This document shows, in pieces, positions 22,042 through 31,745 of a DNA stretch of 64,000 bases; position 1 is the first letter of the stretch, and each line of letters begins with the position of its first letter. The position numbers and the translations under genes were made by a program. The DNA is from an uncultured Gemmatimonadales bacterium (GTDB lineage Bacteria > Gemmatimonadota > Gemmatimonadetes > Longimicrobiales > RSA9): NCBI GenBank assembly GCA_963708135.1, contig OY970192.1, positions 3,840,001 through 3,904,000 of the forward strand, in the 5' to 3' direction. The notes under the pieces are model-generated. The model was not told the origin of the DNA, ran no database searches, and saw nothing but the letters and a program-made list of their open reading frames with translations.

Positions 22042-22461
22042 TCAGGATAACCCGGCCCGCGGGCGGAAGATCCCGACCCGCAGCGGCGGCTCCACCCGCC
22101 AGTAGAAGTGCAGCCGGTTCTCGCTGTCAACGATCACGTTCTCGGTCCGCTCCCGGGTCTTCGGGTAGTCGACCCCCGGGCGGCTCTCGAGCAGCAGCAG
22201 CTCGCCCGGCGCGAGCGAGACCTCGAGCGCCCGCAGCTGCTCCTCCAGGCGACGCACCAGCGCCTCCTCCGTCTCCCCCTGCACCATTCCGTCGGCCTCG
22301 GACGTGATCTCGCGCCCGTCCACCCGCGCGTAGGTCGCCTCGAACTCCGCCGCATCCAGCGGCGGCCCCGCCGCCGGGCGGAACGCGAGCTCGGTCAGCG
22401 CCCTGGCATCGAAGTCGGGCTCCACCGGCTGAAGCCGGCTGCCCGCGCGTCTCAGGATCAT
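22042..22461 (-). CDS. Hypothetical protein (139 aa)
   Basis: GGAGG RBS, ATG at 22461, globular composition (PGVDYPKTRE...NRLHFYWRVEPPL). Confidence 0.7.
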   Translation of the reverse strand: MILRRAGSRLQPVEPDFDARALTELAFRPAAGPPLDAAEFEATYARVDGREITSEADGMVQGETEEALVRRLEEQLRALEVSLAPGELLLLESRPGVDYPKTRERTENVIVDSENRLHFYWRVEPPLRVGIFRPRAGLS

Positions 22462-22514
22462 GCTTGAACCTCCATCGGCTCGGCCCACGGGAGATCGATC
22501 CGCCCGCGCCGCGG

Positions 22515-23525
22515 CTACTCCACGGCGCCGAGATGGGGGCCCCACTCCTCCGCGAGCGGAGGGCCGACCTCGTTCAGCCGGCGCAGCTCCTCCGCGCCGA
22601 GCGGCTGGAAGGAGCGCGCCCGGTTCACGTTCTCGTGCAGCTCGCGGCGGTCGAGCATCCCGACCACCGCCGTGGCGCACCCGTCGAGCGTGAGCGCGTA
22701 GCGGAACGCCGCCGGCTGCAGCTCGCGCGGCATCATGGCGGGCGTGGCCCCGGAGCCGCGGACCCCGCCGTACACCTTCATGGCGACGAGGCCCATGCCC
22801 TGCCTCCTCGCGAGCGGCCAGGCGCCGGTCTCGAAGCCGTAGGTGCGCGCGTCCACGAAGTTGGCGGGGGTCATCATCACGTCGAGCGGATAGTCCTCGA
22901 GGGCGCGCAGCAGCCGCGCGGGCCGGTTGTGGCAGCTCACCCCCACCCAGCGCGCCATCCCCTGCCGCTTCGCCTCGAGCACCATGCGCAGCACTCCGTT
23001 CGGGCCGAAGGCGAGCTTCGGGTCCATGCGGTCGTGGCCGATCGAGTGCGCGAACAGCAGGTCGACCTGCTCGACCTGCAGCTCCTTCAGGCTGCGCTCG
23101 AGCTGCCGCCACGCGGCGTCGCCATCGGCCTCGAAGACCTTGGTCGTGAGAAAGACCTCCCGCCGCCGCGTGCGCGCCACCTCCCCTGCCTGCAGGTGCG
23201 CGCGGCCGTAGCCGCCCTCCGCCGTGGCCGTGTCCAGGTAGCTCACCCCGAGGTCCACCGCCTCGTTCAGGAGCGCGATCGCCTCCGCATCCCGCACCGT
23301 GCGGCCGAGCGCCGCCGTGCCGAAGCCGAGGATCGGCACCCGCTCCCCCGTCCGTCCCAGGATCCGCATCGGCAACTCGCGGCGCGGCGGCGGCGCGCGC
23401 CGCGGGGCGCCCGGCTGCAGCGACTCGGCCGCCTCCACCAGCTTCTCCCCCGGCACCGGGATGCGCCCCAGCGCCCGGCGGAAGAAGCCGCGCCGGTCGA
23501 GCGGGCTGCGGTCGTCGTCTGGCAT
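22515..23525 (-). CDS. Aldo/keto reductase with twin-arginine-like N-terminus
   Basis: LGRTG, DTA..YG, TTK, SLKELQ..VDL..H, GVSCH, AMKVYGG; DRRGFF near start. Confidence 0.85.
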   Translation of the reverse strand: MPDDDRSPLDRRGFFRRALGRIPVPGEKLVEAAESLQPGAPRRAPPPRRELPMRILGRTGERVPILGFGTAALGRTVRDAEAIALLNEAVDLGVSYLDTATAEGGYGRAHLQAGEVARTRRREVFLTTKVFEADGDAAWRQLERSLKELQVEQVDLLFAHSIGHDRMDPKLAFGPNGVLRMVLEAKRQGMARWVGVSCHNRPARLLRALEDYPLDVMMTPANFVDARTYGFETGAWPLARRQGMGLVAMKVYGGVRGSGATPAMMPRELQPAAFRYALTLDGCATAVVGMLDRRELHENVNRARSFQPLGAEELRRLNEVGPPLAEEWGPHLGAVE

Positions 23526-23604
23526 GACGGGAAAGGTAGGAGGACGGACTGCGTCGGCAAGCGGGCTCGACGGCGGAAGCTGCCACCCCTTCCCCCGACG
23601 CACC

Positions 23605-23789
23605 GGAGTGGTGGAGTGACCGGGCGGCTCGCGTGCCCGGGCACGCCGACGGCCGCGTGGCCCGGCCGCTTCGCGGCGAGACGTCCGGCGCACGCCGGGA
23701 CGGCCGCCGCCGTAGTCGCGAGGCCCGCCATCCCGCGCGGCGTGACGAGGCCGGCCCGGCGTCTCCCACTCTCCCACTCTCCCACTCTC
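23605..23789. repeat. MITE-like element with (GGGAGTGG)/(CCACTCTC) arms
   Basis: Left ggagtggtggagtg, right (ctcccact)3; right end shared with 34910-35431 and 41623-42282. Confidence 0.6.
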
Positions 23790-23860
23790 GGGGAGGGCCG
23801 GGCGAGCCGGGCGCCCTCCCGCCCTGGCCCCTCCGCCGCCCCCGCCCTACCCTTCCCGCC

Positions 23861-25546
23861 ATGCTCTATGATGTGGCCGTCATCGGCGGTGGCGTGAACG
23901 GCGCCGGCACGGCGCGGGACGCGGCGCTGCGGGGGCTCCGCGTCGCCCTGCTCGAGCGCGAGGACTGGGGCGCCGGCACCACGGGCGCGTCCACGCGCAT
24001 GATCCACGGCGGGCTGCGCTACCTGCTCTACGACATCCCGACCACCCGCCTCTCCTCCGAGGACGCCGGGCACATCCGCGACATCGCGCCGCACCTGAGC
24101 TTCCGGATCCCGTTCCTCTGGCCGCTCTACCCGGGCAGCCCGTTCTTCACGGAGGCCAAGGAGGCGCTGCTCGCGGCGTACGACCGCTACGCGCAGGCCA
24201 AGCACGGACTCCGCCACGCCCGCCTCTCGCGCGCCGAGGCGCTCGCGATCGAGCCCGGGCTCTCGCCCGACACCATCGGCGCACTGACGCTCGACGAGTG
24301 GGGGATCGATGTCTTCCGCCTGGCCGCGCTGAACGCGCTCGACGCCCGCGAGGCCGGCGCCGATCTCTTCCCGCACACCGAGGTGACGGAGCTGCTCCGC
24401 GACGGTGCCGGCCGCGAGGTGCGCGGCGTGCGCGCCCGCGACCGGCTGGACGGCCGCACCCTGGAGATCGAGGCCGCCGTCGTCGTCAACGCCGCCGGCC
24501 CCTGGGCCGCGCAGGTGGCGGCCCTGGCCGACGCACGCGTGCCCCTCCGCCCCGGCAAGGGCATCCATCTCACGTTCGAGCGCCGCATCGGCAACTTCGG
24601 CCTCATCCTCGAGGGCCTCGACGGCCGCACCATGTTCCTCGTGCCGCACGGCGCGGAGACGATCGTCGGCACCACCGACGACGACTACTTCGGCGACCCC
24701 GCCCGGGTGGACCTCGAGATCACCCGCGACGAGGTGGACTACGTCATCGAGGCGGCCGCACGCGCCATCCCGCAGGCCCGCCACTGGCGGCCGCTGCGCG
24801 CGTGGGCGGGCGTACGCAACACGCTCTTCGAGCGGGGCGCGCCCGCCGACGACCTCTCCCGCCGCCACGAGATCATCGACCACGGCGAGAAGGACGGCGT
24901 GGCCGGCCTCCTGTCCATCGCCGGCGGCAAGCTGGCCAGCTACCGCATCCAGGCCGAGGAGGCGACGGACGCCGTGATCGCGACGCTCGCCCGCGCGGGA
25001 GACCGGCGCGCCCAGAGCGCGGGACGCGCGGCGGGCGGCGGCGCGGAAGACAGGGGCGGCGCCGCCTTCGGGCCATGCACGACCGCCGAGCGCCCGCTCC
25101 CCGGCGCCGAGCCGCCGCCCGACTTCATCGCGCTCGCCCGTGAGATCCCGCTCCCGCCCGCCGCGCTCGAGCGCATCTGGCGCCGGCTCGGCTCGCGCAT
25201 CCACGCGGCCCTGGACGGCGCCGGGCCCGACGACCTCGCCCCGGTCTGCCGCTCCGAAGCCGTCACCGCCGCGGAGATCCGCTACGCCGTCGGCGTCGAG
25301 GGCTGCCGCACGCTCGAGGACCTGCGCCGCCACGCGCACGTGGGCACCGGCTCCTGCGATGGGCTGGACTGCGCCGCCCCGGCCGCGCACCACATGGCCG
25401 AGATCCTCCGCTGGCCGCCCGAGCGGACACGGGCCGAGATCGCGGCGTTCCTCGAGCAGCGCTGGATCGGGCGACGGCCGGTGCTGTACGGGGCCAATCT
25501 GGCGGCGGAGGAGGTGGTGAGGGGGGTGCATCGCGGAGCAGGGTGA
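23861..25546 (+). CDS. glpA: Glycerol-3-phosphate dehydrogenase subunit A with C-terminal BFD-like Cys motif
   Basis: IGGGVNG, GTTGASTRMIHGGLRYL, NAAGPW, GTTD, GGKLASYR, CRSE...GTGSCDGLDC. Confidence 0.85.
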   Translation: MLYDVAVIGGGVNGAGTARDAALRGLRVALLEREDWGAGTTGASTRMIHGGLRYLLYDIPTTRLSSEDAGHIRDIAPHLSFRIPFLWPLYPGSPFFTEAKEALLAAYDRYAQAKHGLRHARLSRAEALAIEPGLSPDTIGALTLDEWGIDVFRLAALNALDAREAGADLFPHTEVTELLRDGAGREVRGVRARDRLDGRTLEIEAAVVVNAAGPWAAQVAALADARVPLRPGKGIHLTFERRIGNFGLILEGLDGRTMFLVPHGAETIVGTTDDDYFGDPARVDLEITRDEVDYVIEAAARAIPQARHWRPLRAWAGVRNTLFERGAPADDLSRRHEIIDHGEKDGVAGLLSIAGGKLASYRIQAEEATDAVIATLARAGDRRAQSAGRAAGGGAEDRGGAAFGPCTTAERPLPGAEPPPDFIALAREIPLPPAALERIWRRLGSRIHAALDGAGPDDLAPVCRSEAVTAAEIRYAVGVEGCRTLEDLRRHAHVGTGSCDGLDCAAPAAHHMAEILRWPPERTRAEIAAFLEQRWIGRRPVLYGANLAAEEVVRGVHRGAG

Positions 25547-25572
25547 GGGTAGGGATTTGGATTGGGGAGGGC

Positions 25573-25643
<71 letters not shown>

Positions 25644-25734
25644 GGTCAGAGCTCGCCGATGCGGGGGCGGCGGGCGGCGCGGCCGCCGCTCGCGTACGGG
25701 GGCACCCGCTTCGTCGTCTGCCGTCCACCTGGCC

Positions 25735-25906
25735 GTGAACTCCCCACGCGTACCCCGGCGCAGAGGCGGTTGGGGAGTTGACCGCGCTATTCGTTGTCAA
25801 CTCCCCAAGGGCCGCGGCTCCATGGGAACGATTGGGGACTTTGCCGCGCTATTCGCAGTCAAGTCCCCAAACGTCGATTCCAGGGCCGAGCCGTGGGGAC
25901 TTGACT
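25735..25906. repeat. Palindromic repeat array, about 62-nt period
   Basis: Two full 39-nt units (25770-25808, 25832-25870) TTGGGGA..CGCGCTATTCG..TCCCCAA plus flanking half units. Confidence 0.75.
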
Positions 25907-26027
25907 GCCCTCGCCCCGATGGCGTCCCACATCGCGCATCCGGTGGGGTTTTCCTCCCCGCGCCGGCGCGACACGCCAGCGCGGAACCCGCGCTCCGGGT
26001 GCGCGACTCTCGAGGAAGGCGTCCACC

Positions 26028-27002
26028 TCAGAGCTCGTCGACGATGCGGGCGAGCTCGTCCTCGCGGCGCCAGGCGGACTCCAGGGCGCGGGCTTCGGCC
26101 CGGAGCTCGGCGCGCTCGGCGGAATCGGTCAGCGCCATCTCGAGGGCGAGGACCACCGTGGGGCCGAGACGGCGAAGGGAGCGGCCCGTGGCGGCGAGCC
26201 CCTGCGCCAGCCGCTCCGGGGTGCCGGCATCGGCCACGGTACGGCCGGCACGATCGATCATGCGGTCCGTGCCGCCGGCGATGTTCTGGTACGCCAGCAG
26301 TCGGCGCAGGAGGAGACGCGTGTCGTCGCCCACGATGCGGAACAGGCGCTCCGGAGTCCAGGGGTCGCAGCGCGGGCAGGGCACGCCAATGCCGGGACGA
26401 CCCTCCGGATCCACGACCACCCGCACCAGCCAGGAGTCCTCGAAGCTGAACGCCCGCAGCACGCTCCGGCAGTGCGCGCAGCGGCTCGCGCCCACCCACG
26501 CGAGAGAGCCGAAGCGCCACCAGCGCAGAGCGTCCGTGAACGGCGTCGCATCCCAGGAGAATGGAGGCACACGCCCCCACGGCCCCACCCGCCCCCCGAC
26601 GTAGGCGAGCGCGCCGGCCGTGTAGGCGGTCAGCCGCGCGCCCGCGCTGCGGAAGCGCGCCTGGCGCGAGCGCAGAACCCGCCCGTAGCGCCACCACGCC
26701 TGCTCCGCCAGCGGCGACTCGCCCACCCGAAGCACCTCGCCACGCTCCGTCCCGAGCAGCGCAATGTTCGGCGTGGCCGCGAGCAGCCGCCCGCGCCGCC
26801 GCACACCGTCCTCCAGCCGGTCGATCAGCTCCCGGCGCGCCTCCGGCGGCACCAGGTTCCAGCGGCCGCAGGAGACGCAGATCGTCCAGGCGCGGCTCCC
26901 CGCCGGGTCGTACGCCCAGCGCACGCCCGCCCCCGGCGGATCCGCCTCCGACGGCAGCGGCGCCCGGCAGAACAGGCAGTGGACAAAGAGCAGGTCATCC
27001 AT
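26028..27002 (-). CDS. Hypothetical protein with four CxxC pairs (zinc ribbons)
   Basis: CLFC, CVSC-GRWNL, CAHC, CPRC; EELARIVD-type C-terminus. Confidence 0.75.
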   Translation of the reverse strand: MDDLLFVHCLFCRAPLPSEADPPGAGVRWAYDPAGSRAWTICVSCGRWNLVPPEARRELIDRLEDGVRRRGRLLAATPNIALLGTERGEVLRVGESPLAEQAWWRYGRVLRSRQARFRSAGARLTAYTAGALAYVGGRVGPWGRVPPFSWDATPFTDALRWWRFGSLAWVGASRCAHCRSVLRAFSFEDSWLVRVVVDPEGRPGIGVPCPRCDPWTPERLFRIVGDDTRLLLRRLLAYQNIAGGTDRMIDRAGRTVADAGTPERLAQGLAATGRSLRRLGPTVVLALEMALTDSAERAELRAEARALESAWRREDELARIVDEL

Positions 27003-27316
27003 GGCGAAGAAGCCTCACGGCACGGCGCAGGCCAGATCGTCCGGTACGGGCAAGATGCCGCGGCGCAACGAGATGGGATCCACCCCGCGCACGCGGCCGC
27101 GCCATCGATAAGGCCGGCGCTGCCCGTCCGCGGGACGCCCGATCCCGCCCTCGGACGCCGGCCCCGCGGCGGCGCGGCGGTTCATCCGGCAGCGCCCCGG
27201 AGGCCCCGGGGCCCACCGCGAAGCCGCGGCCCGCAGGCAGCAGCCCGGACTCCGAGTCCCGAGTCCCGGGCCGGCACCGATCCGCCACCTTGCCCTTCAT
27301 GCCGTGGCGCCTCTAT

Positions 27317-27335
27317 ATATGTTGATCACACATAT
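27317..27335. promoter_or_regulatory. Putative PadR operator
   Basis: ATATGT-N7-ACATAT immediately before the GGAGG RBS. Confidence 0.55.
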
Positions 27336-27344
27336 GGAGGCGCC

Positions 27345-27677
27345 ATGCTCAACCGCGAGCTCAAGAAGGGTACCACGCCGCTGCTCGTGCTCTCGCTCCT
27401 CGAGGTCGAGCCGCGCCACGGCTACGAGCTGGCCAAGCTGATCGAGAGCCGCTCGCGCGGCGTGGTGCGCATCCACGCGGCGTCGCTCTACCCGCTGCTC
27501 TACCGGCTGGAGCGGAAGCGCTGGATCGAGGGCCGGTGGGTGGAGAAGGCGGGGCAGCGGCGGCGTCGCTTCTACAGGCTGACGGCGGAGGGGCGGCGGC
27601 AGCTGGAGGCGCAGCGGCGGGGGTGGACGGAGTTCGTGCGCGCGATCGGACAGGTGGCGGGGGTGGAGTATGCCTGA
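27345..27677 (+). CDS. PadR-family transcriptional regulator
   Basis: [30 protein letters not shown]. Confidence 0.95.
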   Translation: MLNRELKKGTTPLLVLSLLEVEPRHGYELAKLIESRSRGVVRIHAASLYPLLYRLERKRWIEGRWVEKAGQRRRRFYRLTAEGRRQLEAQRRGWTEFVRAIGQVAGVEYA

Positions 27678-30381
27678 CTGGGCGGCGGAGGTCCGGCGCC
27701 GCCTCGTCGCCCTGCGGATCGGCGCGGCGGACGAGGCGGAGATCGTGGAGGAGCTGGCGCAGCACCTGGAGGACCGCTACGCGGAGCTGCGCTCGCGCGG
27801 CGAGTCGGAGCCGGAGGCGAGGCGGCTGACGCTGGAGGAGCTGGCGGAGTCCGGCGCGCTGGCGCGGCGGCTGCGGGCGACGCGTCGCCCCACCGGGGAG
27901 CCGGTGCCTCTCGGGGCCGCGCGGGCCGGGGGGCTCGCGGCGCTCTGGTCGGACCTGCGCTACGGGCTCCGCCTGCTCAGGCGCAACCCGGCGTTCACGC
28001 TTGCGGCGGTGCTCACGCTGGCGCTGGGGATCGGCGCGAACACGGCGATCTTCTCGGCGGTGGACGCGGTGATCCTGCGGCCGCTGCCGTTCCCGGATCC
28101 GGGGCGGCTCTTCATGCTGTGGGAGGAGAACCCCGAGAAGGGCTGGCACCAGCAGACGGCGGCGCCGGCCAACTACCTGGACTGGAAGGCGGGCGCACCG
28201 GCGTTCGCGGACATGGCGGCGTACAGCATGGACAACGGCCCGCCCACGGGCGGGGTGGCCCTGAACGACGGCGGCCCTCCGACGGTGCTGAGCCGGGCGG
28301 TGGTGACCGGGAACTTCTTCAGCGTGCTGGGGGCGCACGCGGCGCTCGGGCGGACGCTGCGGCCGGAGGAGACGTGGCAGGGGGCGGAGCACGTGGTGGT
28401 GCTGAGCCACCGGCTCTGGACGGAGCGCTACGGCGGCGCGCGGTCGATACTCGGACGCAGCATCCGGCTGAACGGAGAGAGCTACCGCGTGGTGGGCGTG
28501 ATGCCCTCGGGGTTTGGCTTCCCGGACGAAAGCGTGGATGTGTGGTACCCGCCGCACTGGGATCCGGCTTCACGGACCCAGACGTGGTTCCGCCGCGCGC
28601 ACTGGATCCGCGTGATCGGCCGTCTCCGCCCCGGCGCCACGCCCGGCGAGGCGGACGCGCAGCTCCAGGCGGTGGTCTCCCGCCTCAAGCGCGAGTACCC
28701 GGAGACCAACCGCTACATGGGCGCGGGCATGACTCCGCTGCACCGTTTCCTGGTCGGCGACACGCGCACGCCGCTCCTCGTGCTCCTGGCTGCCGTGGGG
28801 CTGCTGCTGCTCATCGCCTGCGCGAACGTGGGCAACCTGCTGCTGGTGCGGGCGGCGGGTCGGCAGCGAGAGATGGCGGTGCGCAGCGCGCTCGGGGCTG
28901 GGCGGCTCCGGCTCGTGCGCCAGCTCATGACGGAGAGCCTGGCGCTATCGCTCCTGGGCGGCGCGGCGGGGCTGGGTCTCGGGTGGGCGGCGACGCGCGT
29001 GCTCGCCGGCCTCCAGCCCGCGGGCGCGCTGCGCGTGGCGTCCTTCGGCATCGACCTGCGGGTGGTGGGCTACATCGTGGCGGTCACGGCGGGGAGCGGG
29101 CTGCTGTTCGGGCTGCTGCCGTCGCTCTGGAGCGGCCGCGCGGCGCAGGCGGCCGTGCTGCGGGAGGGCGGGCGGCAGGGCGCGCCGGGGCGGAGCGCGC
29201 GGCGGGCGGCGGAGGCGCTGGTCGTGGCCGAGGTCGCGCTCGCGCTGCTGCTGGTGACCGGCGCCGGGCTGCTGGTCCGCAGCTTCTGGCGGCTGGAGCA
29301 CGTCGACCCGGGCTTCGACGCTCGTGGCGTGCTCACGGTCACGCTGGACCTGCCCGACCATCGCTACGGCAATCGCGAGAAGGTGCACACGTTCTACACC
29401 TCGCTGCTCGAGCGCCTGCGGCAGCTCCCTGGAGTGGAGAGCGCCGCGGCTACGTCGGACCTGCCGCTCGAGGGGACCGGCTACACGAGCGACTTCGCCG
29501 TGGCGGGCCGCGGCCCGGACGACTACGGCACGGAGGTGCTGCACCGCGAAGTCACGCCCGGCTACTTCCACACCATGCGGGTGCCGCTCCTGCGCGGTCG
29601 CGCTTTCACGGCCGCGGACCGCCTTGGCTCGGTGCCTGTGGTCCTGATCAACGAGGCGCTGGCGCGGAAATTCTTCCGCGGCGAGGACCCGGTGGGGCAG
29701 CGCGTCGCCTTCGACAAGCACCCGGACTCGACCTCCGTCTGGCGGACGATCGTCGGAGTCGTGGGCGACGAGCGGCAGAGCGGGATGGCGCTGGTGCCGC
29801 ATATCGAGATGATCGAGCCCAACACCGGAGTGGACTGGTCCAGCCACATGTCGATCGTGCTGCGGACCACGGCCCACCCGGCGTCCCTCGGGCCGGCCGT
29901 ACGCGCCGCCGTCCACGACCTCGATCCCGAGCTGCCGCTCATGGGGCTCCGTCCGATGGACGCCATCCAGCGCGACTCGCTCGCCCGCCAGCGCTTCCTC
30001 ATGGCGCTGCTGCTCGGCTTCGCCATCGTGGCGCTGGCCCTCGCGGTCATCGGCGTCTACGGCGTCACCGCGAACATGGCCCGGCAGCGCACGCAGGAGA
30101 TCGGGGTCCGGCTCGCGCTGGGCGCCCGTGCCGGCGACGTCGTCCGCCTCGTGATCCGGCAGGGCCTCTCGCTCGTGGCCGCCGGGGTGCTCGTCGGCGT
30201 GCTGACCGCCCTGGCCGCCACACGGCTCATGGCGGGAATGCTCTTCGACGTGCCGCCCAACGATGCGCCCACCTACCTTGCCGTGGCCGTCCTGCTCGCC
30301 GCGACGGGGCTCGCCGCCTCCTGGCTGCCCGCCCGCCGCGCGAGCCGCGCCGACCCCGCCGTCGCGCTCCGGTCGGAGTAG
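27670..30381 (+). CDS. ADOP-family duplicated MacB/FtsX orphan permease
   Basis: EELAQHLED prefix, [44 protein letters not shown]. Confidence 0.95.
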   Translation: MPDWAAEVRRRLVALRIGAADEAEIVEELAQHLEDRYAELRSRGESEPEARRLTLEELAESGALARRLRATRRPTGEPVPLGAARAGGLAALWSDLRYGLRLLRRNPAFTLAAVLTLALGIGANTAIFSAVDAVILRPLPFPDPGRLFMLWEENPEKGWHQQTAAPANYLDWKAGAPAFADMAAYSMDNGPPTGGVALNDGGPPTVLSRAVVTGNFFSVLGAHAALGRTLRPEETWQGAEHVVVLSHRLWTERYGGARSILGRSIRLNGESYRVVGVMPSGFGFPDESVDVWYPPHWDPASRTQTWFRRAHWIRVIGRLRPGATPGEADAQLQAVVSRLKREYPETNRYMGAGMTPLHRFLVGDTRTPLLVLLAAVGLLLLIACANVGNLLLVRAAGRQREMAVRSALGAGRLRLVRQLMTESLALSLLGGAAGLGLGWAATRVLAGLQPAGALRVASFGIDLRVVGYIVAVTAGSGLLFGLLPSLWSGRAAQAAVLREGGRQGAPGRSARRAAEALVVAEVALALLLVTGAGLLVRSFWRLEHVDPGFDARGVLTVTLDLPDHRYGNREKVHTFYTSLLERLRQLPGVESAAATSDLPLEGTGYTSDFAVAGRGPDDYGTEVLHREVTPGYFHTMRVPLLRGRAFTAADRLGSVPVVLINEALARKFFRGEDPVGQRVAFDKHPDSTSVWRTIVGVVGDERQSGMALVPHIEMIEPNTGVDWSSHMSIVLRTTAHPASLGPAVRAAVHDLDPELPLMGLRPMDAIQRDSLARQRFLMALLLGFAIVALALAVIGVYGVTANMARQRTQEIGVRLALGARAGDVVRLVIRQGLSLVAAGVLVGVLTALAATRLMAGMLFDVPPNDAPTYLAVAVLLAATGLAASWLPARRASRADPAVALRSE

Positions 30382-30454
30382 CGGCGAGGCTACACGCGTG
30401 ACCGCGCCGCGCCCGGTTTGGCATTCGCCGGGGCGGTCGCGGTGGCGGTCGCGG

Positions 30455-30656
30455 CAGCGAGCGAAATCGGGAAACGGAGCTCGGCGCCACCGGCGGCATC
30501 CCAATCTTGACCGGTTTCCGAGACGAAGGGCGCAACGGACGGCGTCGTGTGCGCTCGCGTACCCATTTTCGCTCGGTTTCCGAGACAGATCGGGATGTGG
30601 ACGGCCCGAGTGTGCTCGAGAGCGCAATTTCGCTCGCTCGGCAGGCCGAGCAGATG
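30455..30656. repeat. Degenerate palindromic repeat array, about 62-nt period
   Basis: CGGTTTCCGAGAC at 30512 and 30574; TTTCGCTCG at 30567 and 30628; CGAGCGAAATCGGG at about 30458. Confidence 0.6.
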
Positions 30657-30669
30657 TCACCGGCGCCCA

Positions 30670-30748
30670 TCCCGCGTCCCGCATCCCCCGTCCCGCATCC
30701 CAGTTCCCGCGTCCCGCGTCGCGCATCCCGCATCCCGCGTCCCGTCCC
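30670..30748. repeat. Heptamer tandem repeat (CCCGCRT)n
   Basis: About 11 degenerate cccgcgt/cccgcat units. Confidence 0.75.
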
Positions 30749-30785
30749 ACGGAACGCCCCATGCACCAGGGGTGTTCTCAATGCA

Positions 30786-31604
30786 ATGACCCATGACGAC
30801 GGACGCATGCACGACTTCGACGCGGACGGCCTGACCGACCTGCACAACCACCTGATCCCGGGCGTGGATGATGGTGCCCGGGACGCCGAGGAATCCCTCC
30901 GCTGGCTGCGCCTCATGTGGGCCGACGGTGTGACCCGTCTGGCCACGAGCCCCCATCTCTTCGGCTGGCTCACGCAGGAGGAGTCGGGCACCTTCGAGCG
31001 CCGGCTGCGCGACCTCGAGCAGGCGTTCGCGGAGCTGCAGAGCGCCGTCGCCGGGCGCGACGACGTGCCGGCGCTCCACTTCAGCCAGGAGATCCTCGTC
31101 CCCACGCCCGAGGTCGCCCAAGCCGTGTTCGGGCATCCCGACGTCGGCGTGCGCGGTACCCGCTACGCGCTGTGCGAGTTCGGCTTCGATCCCGAGGGCG
31201 ATCCATGCGACGTCGTGGCCGCCGTCCGCGCTCAGGGCCGCACCCCGATCATTGCCCACCCGGAGCGCTACCGGCGCGATGGCGGCCGCATCCCGATCGA
31301 GGAGATGCGGCGCTGGAAGGAGGCCGGCGCGCTGCTCCAGGTGAACGGCGGCAGCCTTCTCGGGGACTACACGAAGAGCATCGAGCACACCGCCTGGCGG
31401 CTGATCGAGGAGGGGCTGGCCGACCTCGTCTCGAGCGACCACCACGCGGACTCGCGCCCGGTCTCCCCGCGCGCCGTCGGCCGCGCGCTCGCCCGGCGCG
31501 GCGCCGGCGAGCAGGCGCGGCTGCTGCTGGCGGAGAACACTGGACGCGTGCTGGACGACCGGGATCTGCTGCCGGTGCCGGGGTTGACCGCCCGCGCGGC
31601 GTGA
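30786..31604 (+). CDS. CpsB/CapC-family PHP tyrosine-protein phosphatase
   Basis: DLHNHLIPGVDDG, TSPH, IAHPERY, SSDHH. Confidence 0.9.
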   Translation: MTHDDGRMHDFDADGLTDLHNHLIPGVDDGARDAEESLRWLRLMWADGVTRLATSPHLFGWLTQEESGTFERRLRDLEQAFAELQSAVAGRDDVPALHFSQEILVPTPEVAQAVFGHPDVGVRGTRYALCEFGFDPEGDPCDVVAAVRAQGRTPIIAHPERYRRDGGRIPIEEMRRWKEAGALLQVNGGSLLGDYTKSIEHTAWRLIEEGLADLVSSDHHADSRPVSPRAVGRALARRGAGEQARLLLAENTGRVLDDRDLLPVPGLTARAA

Positions 31605-31745
31605 CGGCCGACCCGCCCTCCCCCCGACCCAAGCCATAATGAGAAGGTCCACCTCGAGAAGGTCCACCTCGGTCGCCCGGCGGCCGCCGCCTGGAAGTCG
31701 GAGTTGCGGCCCCGGAGCATCCCCCGAGCCCCGGACCCACAGCCC

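Noticed and set aside
25735..25906. Bona fide CRISPR call for the 62-nt-period array
   Set aside because: Only two full, non-identical repeats, short spacers, no leader or cas genes; kept as an unexplained repeat.
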